DNA of 64,000 bases from Chitinophagales bacterium. GTDB lineage: Bacteria > Bacteroidota > Bacteroidia > Chitinophagales > Chitinophagaceae. The DNA lies in the NCBI GenBank assembly GCA_038226715.1, contig JBBRQF010000004.1:86360-150359 (forward strand). The letters run 5' to 3'. Positions 48,115 through 55,553 of this stretch are shown here, piece by piece (position 1 is the stretch's first letter; each line of letters starts with the position of its first letter). Made by a program: the position numbers and the translations under genes. The notes beneath the pieces were generated by a model. That model searched no databases. It was not told where the DNA came from and saw only the letters and a list, made by a program, of their open reading frames with translations.

Positions 48115-48444
48115 ATGGGATTTGATCAGTATCATGAGCCACCGGAAGAACTTTCCGCAACCACCAGGACTTTTGCACGTATGGTTACCTCTTTAATAGA
48201 AGAAGCAGAAGCAATAGGCTGGTATGAACAAAGAATATCAGTAGAGAAAGATAAACAGGCCAAAGCTATTATGGAAAATGCTCAGGAAGAAGAATTTAAA
48301 CATTTTGGAATGGACCTGGAATTTTTACTTCGCAAAAAACCAATATGGAGAGCAACTTTGCAAGCCATTCTTTTCACAAAAGGCGATATTGTTGCATTAG
48401 GAAAAAAGGGCGAAGAAAAAGCGGAGAAAGCGGAGAAAAAATAA
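48115..48444 (+). CDS. Encapsulated-ferritin (EncFtn)-type ferritin-like protein
   Basis: HEPPEEL, SLIEEAEAIGWYEQR and EEEFKHFGMDLEFL match the recalled EncFtn pattern HEP..L, EELEAVDWYDQR, EEKEHAAMTLEWL. Confidence 0.85.
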   Translation: MGFDQYHEPPEELSATTRTFARMVTSLIEEAEAIGWYEQRISVEKDKQAKAIMENAQEEEFKHFGMDLEFLLRKKPIWRATLQAILFTKGDIVALGKKGEEKAEKAEKK

Positions 48445-48482
48445 CCGGCATCAGCAAAGCTAAATGCAGTTCTTAAGTAAAA

Positions 48483-48522
48483 AAATAAAAGGTCGCAGTT
48501 TTTTATTTGGGGCCTTTTATTT
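48483..48522. terminator. Bidirectional terminator-like hairpin
   Basis: AAATAAAAGG / CCTTTTATTT between convergent genes. Confidence 0.55.
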
Positions 48523-48526
48523 ATCA

Positions 48527-49174
48527 TCATAAATTCTTTAACGCAGCAATTGTAGCAATCGGGTCTGCAGATTTAAACACCGTACTGCCGGCTACCAAAA
48601 CATCTGCACCTGCATCAATGATAGATTTTGCATTCTCTAAAGTAACGCCACCGTCAACTTCAATTTTTACCTGCAGGGAGAGTTCGTCAATCATTTCACG
48701 CAGTTGTTTGATTTTAACCAATGTGTGTGGTATAAATGATTGTCCGCCAAAACCAGGGTTCACACTCATCAAACAAACCATATCAATATCTGCCAGTATA
48801 TCTTTTAAAGCCTCAACGGGTGTATGCGGATTAACAGCCACACTTGCCTGCATGCCCAGGCTTTTTATTTGCTGGATATTGCGGTGCAGATGCGGACAGG
48901 CTTCAATATGCACAGTCAAAATATCAGCACCGGCTTTTTTAAAAGCTTCGGCATAGTTACCGGGTTCTTCTATCATTAAATGTACATCGCATATTTTGTT
49001 GGTGGCTTTTCTAAAAACCTCCACAAGCATGGGACCGTAACTGATGTTAGGCACAAAGCGGCCATCCATGATATCGAGGTGATACCAATCTGCCTGGCTT
49101 TCGTTCAGCATTTTGCATTCAGCTTCTAAATTTAAAAAATTGGAGGCTAGTAAGGAAGGAGCGATGATTGCCAT
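48527..49174 (-). CDS. rpe: Ribulose-phosphate 3-epimerase
   Basis: Start moved to ATG 49174 (MAIIAPSLL); HLDIMDG, DVHLMI, MSVNPGFGGQ, VDGG, VAGS. Confidence 0.96.
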   Translation of the reverse strand: MAIIAPSLLASNFLNLEAECKMLNESQADWYHLDIMDGRFVPNISYGPMLVEVFRKATNKICDVHLMIEEPGNYAEAFKKAGADILTVHIEACPHLHRNIQQIKSLGMQASVAVNPHTPVEALKDILADIDMVCLMSVNPGFGGQSFIPHTLVKIKQLREMIDELSLQVKIEVDGGVTLENAKSIIDAGADVLVAGSTVFKSADPIATIAALKNL

Positions 49175-49194
49175 TTTGAATTTTGAATTTTGAA
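49174..49194. repeat. Three tandem 7-mers TTTTGAA abutting rpe start codon
   Basis: ttttgaa x3. Confidence 0.7.
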
Positions 49195-49207
49195 ATGATT
49201 CAGGCTG

Positions 49208-49215
49208 CAAAGTTA
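49208..49215 (-). promoter_or_regulatory. -7 promoter box (TAACTTTG) for rpe
   Basis: TAnnTTTG match on minus strand. Confidence 0.55.
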
Positions 49216-49245
49216 ATTCATAATTCTGCATGCGTCATATAGAAT

Positions 49246-50052
49246 TTACTTAGACTGCAATTTTTCCAAAGCATCTTTTGCTTCCACATAATCCGGAGAA
49301 TACAATAAGGCCGTTTTATAAGCTTCAAAAGCTTCTTTGGGATTGTTCAGTTTTTCGAAGCAACGGCCCAGCCAGTAATAACCTTCATCAAAATTATTTT
49401 GCAGGGTAACAGCTTTAGTTAAAACGGTGCTGGCTTCTTCATATTTGCCCATATCGTATAAGGCAATTCCTTTTTCGCGGTAGGCAAACATGTGCATATG
49501 ATCCAGCAGCAGGCATTTATCCAAAAAACTGATTGCTTTATTTTTATCGCCCGTAAAATTGAAATATAAACCCTTAATGAAAAAAGCTTCTTTAGCAGCT
49601 TCCGGAACTTTGGAATTTAATAAGGTATCAGCAATTTGAAGTGCCCTGCTGTTTTTGGTTTGTGCATACAGGGAACCAAGCAGTATCAGGTAACGTGGTG
49701 AGGGATTTAACCGCAAGGCAGTTTCAAAAGACCTGATCGCATTTAAAGTATCTTCATTTTCAAAAAGCAGGGTTGCTTTTATATCCCAGAGCCTGGCATT
49801 TACACTGTCTTTTTGCAATGCTTCATTGGTGGTTTCAAGGGCTTTATCGTAATCAGCACTGTCGCGGTAAAACTGTATCAGTTGCTCTTTTAATAAAAGT
49901 GAATCGGGGAATGCTGTTATAGAATCTTTTAATATTTTTTCACGGGCAGCAGATTGAGTGGCCGGGTTCTCATTTCCTTTTGCCTGATCCTGGTTATTAC
50001 AGGCAATGATCGATATCAGTAAAACAAGACATGGCAGTATTCTTTTTATCAT
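49246..50052 (-). CDS. Tetratricopeptide-repeat lipoprotein
   Basis: Start moved to ATG 50052 (MIKRILPCLVLLISIIAC lipobox); several TPR units. Confidence 0.85.
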   Translation of the reverse strand: MIKRILPCLVLLISIIACNNQDQAKGNENPATQSAAREKILKDSITAFPDSLLLKEQLIQFYRDSADYDKALETTNEALQKDSVNARLWDIKATLLFENEDTLNAIRSFETALRLNPSPRYLILLGSLYAQTKNSRALQIADTLLNSKVPEAAKEAFFIKGLYFNFTGDKNKAISFLDKCLLLDHMHMFAYREKGIALYDMGKYEEASTVLTKAVTLQNNFDEGYYWLGRCFEKLNNPKEAFEAYKTALLYSPDYVEAKDALEKLQSK

Positions 50053-50056
50053 GCTG

Positions 50057-50130
50057 CAAAAATAAGCGCTGCTTTGATTAACCAGATGACAATTTTCTGA
50101 CAATATAAAATTTAACATCTTTTACCTTTG
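50057..50130. promoter_or_regulatory. Divergent -7 boxes: TATTTTTG (minus, 50057-50064) and TACCTTTG (plus, 50123-50130)
   Basis: Two TAnnTTTG matches facing the TPR and TolB-like genes. Confidence 0.6.
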
Positions 50131-50147
50131 CGCCATAAAAATAACAA

Positions 50148-51251
50148 ATGAAAAAATTGATCTTTTCCGGGGTATTAGCAGGTGTAGTGATTGTTTTGGT
50201 TTCTTTTACAAAACATGGCGTTAATAATCCGGGCCTGGTATCCCTTAAAGATACCATTGTATTTGAGGGTGAAAAACATTTTGCCAATGTGCAGCAACTG
50301 ACTTTTGGTGGCGATAATGCTGAGGCCTATTTTAGCTTTGATGGGAAATACATCATTTACCAGAGAACGAATCCTAAGTTGGGCATCATGTGCGACCAGA
50401 TATGGTTGGGTAAGGTTCCGGCACCCGGTGAAAAATTTGAGTCGAAGTTGGTAAGTACCGGTACCGGAAGAACTACCTGTGCTTATTTTTATCCAGATGG
50501 AAAACATATTTTATATGCTTCAACACATTTAGGTAGCGGCGAATGCCCACCGGTACCAGATAGGAGCAAATATGGAAATAAATATATTTGGGCTGTGTAC
50601 AAAGACTTTGATATTTTTAAAGCAGACCTGAATGGAAAAATTGTTAAGCAACTGACAAAAACGGACAGGTATGATGCTGAAGCAACCATTTCTCCAAAAG
50701 GCGATAAGATATTATTTACGTCATTAAGAAATGGCGACCTTGATCTGTATACTATGGATATGGATGGCAAACATGTAAAACAGATCACTAACACGTTGGG
50801 TTATGATGGAGGTGCATGGTTTAGTCCGGATGGAACAAAAATTATCTGGCGTGCATCCCGGCCAACAACTGCTGATGAAATAAAGGAGTATAAAGATCTC
50901 TTAAAAGAAAACCTGGTAGCACCTATCCACATGGAAGTATGGGTTGCCAATGCAGATGGCAGCAATGCCCATCAAATTACTTTTTTAGAGCAGGCAAACT
51001 GGGCACCTAATTTTACACCTGATGGTAAGCATATGATCTTTTGTAGTAACCATGAATACAAAAGAGGTTTCCCTTTCAATATGTATATGGCTGACCTTGA
51101 TGGAAAGGGTGTGGAGAAGATAAGCCGCGATAAAGGTTTTGATGCATTCCCCATGTTTAGCCCGGATGGTAAGAAATTTATTTTCTGCAGCAACCGGAAT
51201 AACGGCGGTACGCACGATACGAATATTTTTATTGCTGACTGGGTGGAATAA
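50148..51251 (+). CDS. TolB-like PD40/WD40 beta-propeller protein
   Basis: Signal peptide; repeated FSFDGK, SPKGDK, FSPDGTK, FTPDGK, FSPDGKK. Confidence 0.88.
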   Translation: MKKLIFSGVLAGVVIVLVSFTKHGVNNPGLVSLKDTIVFEGEKHFANVQQLTFGGDNAEAYFSFDGKYIIYQRTNPKLGIMCDQIWLGKVPAPGEKFESKLVSTGTGRTTCAYFYPDGKHILYASTHLGSGECPPVPDRSKYGNKYIWAVYKDFDIFKADLNGKIVKQLTKTDRYDAEATISPKGDKILFTSLRNGDLDLYTMDMDGKHVKQITNTLGYDGGAWFSPDGTKIIWRASRPTTADEIKEYKDLLKENLVAPIHMEVWVANADGSNAHQITFLEQANWAPNFTPDGKHMIFCSNHEYKRGFPFNMYMADLDGKGVEKISRDKGFDAFPMFSPDGKKFIFCSNRNNGGTHDTNIFIADWVE

Positions 51252-51254
51252 AAT

Positions 51255-51357
51255 GTTAATTGGTTAATCCGTTAATCCGTTAATCCGTTAACACGTTAAT
51301 CCGTGAACGGGCTTATTACTATTGAACTCCTACGGATTAACCAATTAACGGATTAAC
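51255..51357. repeat. 8-mer GTTAATCC tandem array with inverted copies
   Basis: Seven direct units 51255-51310; three inverted units 51334-51357. Confidence 0.9.
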
Positions 51358-51858
51358 ATTACTCTTTGGCCCAAGTTCAATTACTTCAGCATCTTTCATT
51401 TCGGTTCCGTCAATTACAAAGCGGATGATGGTTCTAACCTTGTGCCAGCCTTGTTTTCCGGCAGCGCCGGGGTTCATGTGCAGGCAATTGAGTTTGTCGT
51501 CATACATGATCTTTAAAATATGCGAATGGCCGCTGATAAAGAGTTGCGGCATGTGTATTAATATTTCTTTTTTTGTTTCGGGATTGTATTTGGGTGGATA
51601 ACCACCAATATGTTTTATCATCACTTTTACGCCTTCGCACATAAATATCAGTTGCTCCGGAAATTCGGTTCTGATGTCCTGACCATCAATGTTACCATAA
51701 ACACCTCTTACCAGGGTCAGGCGTGACCTTAGACCATCTGCTATTTCTTTGCTGCCAAAATCCCCGGCATGCCAAACTTCATCGCAGTTTTTAAAATGTT
51801 CAAAAACTGATTCGTCTAAAAAACCGTGCGTATCAGATATCAGCCCTATCCTTTTCAT
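51337..51858 (-). CDS. Metallophosphoesterase (YfcE family)
   Basis: ISDTHG, HAGD, VYGNID, GHSH, MNPG motifs. Confidence 0.92.
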   Translation of the reverse strand: MKRIGLISDTHGFLDESVFEHFKNCDEVWHAGDFGSKEIADGLRSRLTLVRGVYGNIDGQDIRTEFPEQLIFMCEGVKVMIKHIGGYPPKYNPETKKEILIHMPQLFISGHSHILKIMYDDKLNCLHMNPGAAGKQGWHKVRTIIRFVIDGTEMKDAEVIELGPKSNVNPLIG

Positions 51859-51985
51859 TTTCCATTTCTTTAAAGAAAGATAAATAAAAACTGCTGATCA
51901 GGCTGCTGTTATTTTTGATCTTTAAAAATGGATCACAATACCGTAAACCCTGGTATTCTTTTTTTATAACAGCAGTATGCTGATT

Positions 51986-53176
51986 TTATTTTATAATGCC
52001 GCAATCCAATTCAAATTTTTCTCCGGAGTGGAAGTATTCTTTGCCTTGTTTTGTTTCGGCAGTAATATAGTAATCAACATAACTCATTTGCCACTGCGAT
52101 AATTCTTTTGAGTAAGCACCACCACCTATATATTCGTAGCCGTATTCATGCCACTGTGCGTAACATTTACCATTTTGCTTAAATAAGACCCATGTGGTTA
52201 TCGATCTTCTAAGCGGAATACCCACATCATTTTTAGCGATGTGGAAATCAGCATCAGCAAAAATAACCTTGTAGGCAGGGCTGCCCGGCCAATGGCTATT
52301 AAAGTATTTGATAATATTGGTTGCTAAAGCGGGATCGGTTTTTTTGTTAGCTATCGAACTAAGATAACCATTCAATACCGCTTTTGTTTTGCTGTTCTCC
52401 CTGTTGTTGATGGCATCATTTGCAGCGGCTAATTCTTTTTCTGATTTGTATTCCTGGCTGATTAAGTGGTTTGCTTTATTGGCGTCTTTCTGATAAAATG
52501 AAGCCCAGCCCGACATATCGGGGTCCCTGAATACGAGGGTTTCATTATCGGGTAGGTATAAATAAGTATGGCCCGGACTTATATAGAGTTTATCTGCTTT
52601 TTTTATAAAATTATTACTGCCAACCAAAATCGTATCAGCTGAAACAAAGATCACCGGCAGGCTGTCATCGGCAAAGTAGGTATTGGCTCTTGAAACAAAA
52701 CTGGAGTAGGTAAAGTAAATGTATTTTACCCTGGGGTCTACGATCTTACCCAATGCTTCTTTCATCAGCCCGGCTTCTTCATTGCTGTAATCAGGCGGCG
52801 GGATTTTATTGCCCTTTTTATATTTGAAATAACAACTCCAGTCTTTCCCATTAGGTGATACAATAAAACCAACCTGCTCTGTTTTGTCTATTATCAGCAG
52901 GTAACTTTTCCTGTCGGCAGTAAAATAGATAGAGCTGCCGTCTTTCAGCGCTGTCCGGTAAAATGTTTTTTCTGCGATCTTCAATGAGTCGTCATTTCCT
53001 GCCAGGGTTATTTTTTTCATGGCAAAAGGCACTTTGTCGAGTTGGTAAGCCTCATAGGTGGTATTGGTTATGTAAAAGGTCTGCCCTTCCTGTGCGTAAA
53101 CTTTATTTCCCGGGCATATGGCCATAAAGAAAATAGAAACCAGGATGCTTATAAAGAAGTAAGATATTTTTTTCAT
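51986..53176 (-). CDS. Secreted hypothetical protein
   Basis: Signal peptide ending VYAQ; 396 aa; function not recognised. Confidence 0.7.
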   Translation of the reverse strand: MKKISYFFISILVSIFFMAICPGNKVYAQEGQTFYITNTTYEAYQLDKVPFAMKKITLAGNDDSLKIAEKTFYRTALKDGSSIYFTADRKSYLLIIDKTEQVGFIVSPNGKDWSCYFKYKKGNKIPPPDYSNEEAGLMKEALGKIVDPRVKYIYFTYSSFVSRANTYFADDSLPVIFVSADTILVGSNNFIKKADKLYISPGHTYLYLPDNETLVFRDPDMSGWASFYQKDANKANHLISQEYKSEKELAAANDAINNRENSKTKAVLNGYLSSIANKKTDPALATNIIKYFNSHWPGSPAYKVIFADADFHIAKNDVGIPLRRSITTWVLFKQNGKCYAQWHEYGYEYIGGGAYSKELSQWQMSYVDYYITAETKQGKEYFHSGEKFELDCGIIK

Positions 53177-53193
53177 CAGTTTAAAATTTATGG

Positions 53194-55326
53194 TTAACGG
53201 GATTCTAATTTTTTCAATCTTTGCAACAGATCGTCAATCATCTTCTGCTGCTCATCATTTTTTTTATTTAATTCCTGTACTGCTTTTACCAATGGCATTA
53301 TAAACTGGCTGTAAGAGATGCTGTAGGTATCGGTAATATTTTGTGGTGCATTTACCCCATCAAAATGATAGCCGAGTGCCAAGGCAGTTTTTTCTACCTC
53401 CTGGGCAATAAAACCGGTTTGTATAAAATTTTCAGCTTTGTTATAGGTTTCAGCTGTTTTCATTCTTTTTGCCCTTACTGAATCCGGCAACATCTGCATT
53501 ATATGTTCGTCTAATTTTTTTATATTGATCGTATAAGTAACGGGGCGTAGCCGGGTAATAAAATCAAGGCCGGGTACATTTTCATGTATATTTTCTTTGA
53601 ACCTGCCATCGCTTAGGTTGCTCCAAGCGGCATAACCGCCAATGACCATTCCTCCAATGTTCTCTCCGATTACAACTTTGTAGCTGGCATTTGCAACTGC
53701 ACGTGCGCCGATTGCGGTTGCATTATTTAAATTAAATGTACTTACATTGGATTCTGATCCAAGTGATGTATTATAAGCCCCGGTAGCGTTTTGGCTCAGT
53801 GCTCCGTCTCCAACTGCAGTGTTATTATCTCCTGTGGTATTATTAAAAAGTGAACTTGATCCTAAAGCAGTATTGAAAGTTCCAGATATATTTTCAGTAA
53901 GTGCCCACCATCCATTTGCAGTGTTATAATTTCCTGTTGTATTAAAATTAAGTGCAGCCGATCCGTTTGCAGTGTTATTGCTTCCTATTGTATTGGAATA
54001 AAGTGTAGCATTCCCATTGGCTGTATTCTGACCTCCTGAAGTATTACTTACCAGTGCATAAATTCCCGTGGCTGTATTACTGCCTCCTGTTGTATTGTTA
54101 TAAAGTGCTGCGTATCCGTTGGCTGTGTTATTATTCCCTGTTGTATTGCTGGCAAGTGAAATATAGCCGGTAGCCGTATTACTTTCTCCACTTGTGTTCG
54201 CGTAAAGTGCATTGTAACCGGTTGCTGTATTGGTACCTCCTGTTGTATTCTGGTACATGGCATAGCCACCAGTAGCTGTATTATAAGAGCCGGTGGTATT
54301 GCTGTTAAGTGCAGCAACCCCATGTGCTGAATTATAACTTCCGCTGGTATTGGAATATAAAGTAGCATAACCGTTTGCTGCATTTTGTTGCCCGCTGGTA
54401 TTTGACTGAAGCGATCTTGATCCTATCGCCGTATTGTTATTTCCTGTATTGGTTTGTAGGGCTGCCAGGCCAATTGCGGTATTGTCGTGCCCTGTAGTGT
54501 TGATGCTTAATGCGCCATATCCCATCGCACAATTAAAATAGCCGGATATATTTGAACTCATGGTAGAATAACCTATGGCTGTGTTATATAAACCGGTTGT
54601 GTTTGCAAACATGGCATAATTTCCAACAGCCGTATTTTTTTCACCTTCTTCCAGGCTTATATTGGCACCGGTTCCATTGTTGTATAAGGCATTAAATCCA
54701 ACGGCAGTATTGTCGCTGCAATCGAAATTTTTACCCAAAGCGTTTGCACCTACAGCCGTATTTTGAATGCCTGTTGTATTTCCATTTAATGCATTTACGC
54801 CACTGGCTGTATTGTAATTGCCCATGGTATTACTAAAAAGACTTTTGTAACCAAATGCTGCATTGCCAATACCTGTGGTAAAATCAAGTGATCTGAAACC
54901 CAGCGATGTATTCAACAGGGCCGAATCAATAATACCAGCCCGAAGGTTTTTTATTCTGAATATCAGTGGCTGGGCATCCGTAGTGCCTATAAAATTTATA
55001 GCCGGGTTGGTAGCGGCATTACCTGTTAAACTCCAGCCGCTTTTATAAGCAATCGTTTCCCAGTCGGGTATGGCAGGAGTGCCCATATTTACCATCAGCA
55101 GGTTTTTTGAGGTATCATACACCAATAAAGCTTTGGCAGGGGTGCTGATAGCCAATATGGTTGCCGTGTTCATTCTTGGAATGAGCATCCCTTTTACCGG
55201 GCTGGTAATATCCAGCATCGCCGAAACATCGGAAGATGCACCGGTCACATTAACAGCCAGACCCTGTGCGTTGGCAAAGCTTATAAAGCAGCATGCAATA
55301 ACGATTAGAAAAAATATTTTTTTCAT
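53194..55326 (-). CDS. Secreted repeat fibre protein with C-terminal peptidase S74 (intramolecular chaperone) domain
   Basis: Signal peptide; SAMLDITS..KGMLIPRM; more than 20 14-aa NTAxGxxALxxNTTG repeats; SDGRFKENI..GLDFITRLRPVTY; terminal coiled coil. Confidence 0.85.
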   Translation of the reverse strand: MKKIFFLIVIACCFISFANAQGLAVNVTGASSDVSAMLDITSPVKGMLIPRMNTATILAISTPAKALLVYDTSKNLLMVNMGTPAIPDWETIAYKSGWSLTGNAATNPAINFIGTTDAQPLIFRIKNLRAGIIDSALLNTSLGFRSLDFTTGIGNAAFGYKSLFSNTMGNYNTASGVNALNGNTTGIQNTAVGANALGKNFDCSDNTAVGFNALYNNGTGANISLEEGEKNTAVGNYAMFANTTGLYNTAIGYSTMSSNISGYFNCAMGYGALSINTTGHDNTAIGLAALQTNTGNNNTAIGSRSLQSNTSGQQNAANGYATLYSNTSGSYNSAHGVAALNSNTTGSYNTATGGYAMYQNTTGGTNTATGYNALYANTSGESNTATGYISLASNTTGNNNTANGYAALYNNTTGGSNTATGIYALVSNTSGGQNTANGNATLYSNTIGSNNTANGSAALNFNTTGNYNTANGWWALTENISGTFNTALGSSSLFNNTTGDNNTAVGDGALSQNATGAYNTSLGSESNVSTFNLNNATAIGARAVANASYKVVIGENIGGMVIGGYAAWSNLSDGRFKENIHENVPGLDFITRLRPVTYTINIKKLDEHIMQMLPDSVRAKRMKTAETYNKAENFIQTGFIAQEVEKTALALGYHFDGVNAPQNITDTYSISYSQFIMPLVKAVQELNKKNDEQQKMIDDLLQRLKKLESR

Positions 55327-55338
55327 ACACATTATATT

Positions 55339-55449
55339 TTAATTGTTCGGCTTTCGATGATTTTTATAGAAGAATTGCATTATCTCCTTCCATGATAATG
55401 CGATGAAAGTAGCCAGGCTTACTAATATTATACCTGATATAAATGCCAT
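55339..55449 (-). CDS. Unannotated 36-aa single-TM peptide
   Basis: Manual translation: MAFISGIILVSLATFIALSWKEIMQFFYKNHRKPNN*; same strand, stop 12 nt before the fibre ATG at 55326. Confidence 0.55.
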   Translation of the reverse strand: MAFISGIILVSLATFIALSWKEIMQFFYKNHRKPNN

Positions 55450-55499
55450 TAAATAATTGTTGGTAAGTAAGCTAACAGGTAATAAACTGTTATTTGGGT

Positions 55500-55552
55500 T
55501 GATTTATTGAACAGGCAGTTTGGTGAAGTAAAGTGTAGGTATGATTTATTGA
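55500..55552. promoter_or_regulatory. 11-bp direct repeat TGATTTATTGA with 42-bp period, candidate LytTR operator
   Basis: Copies at 55500-55510 and 55542-55552. Confidence 0.35.
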
Positions 55553-55553
55553 G

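Noticed and set aside
51255-51357. Possible CRISPR array
   Set aside because: Units are 8 nt and contiguous with no unique spacers; no cas genes in the window
53194-55326. Prophage or tailocin inferred from the tail-fibre-like gene
   Set aside because: Protein has a Sec signal peptide; no capsid, tail tube, baseplate, lysis or integrase genes nearby
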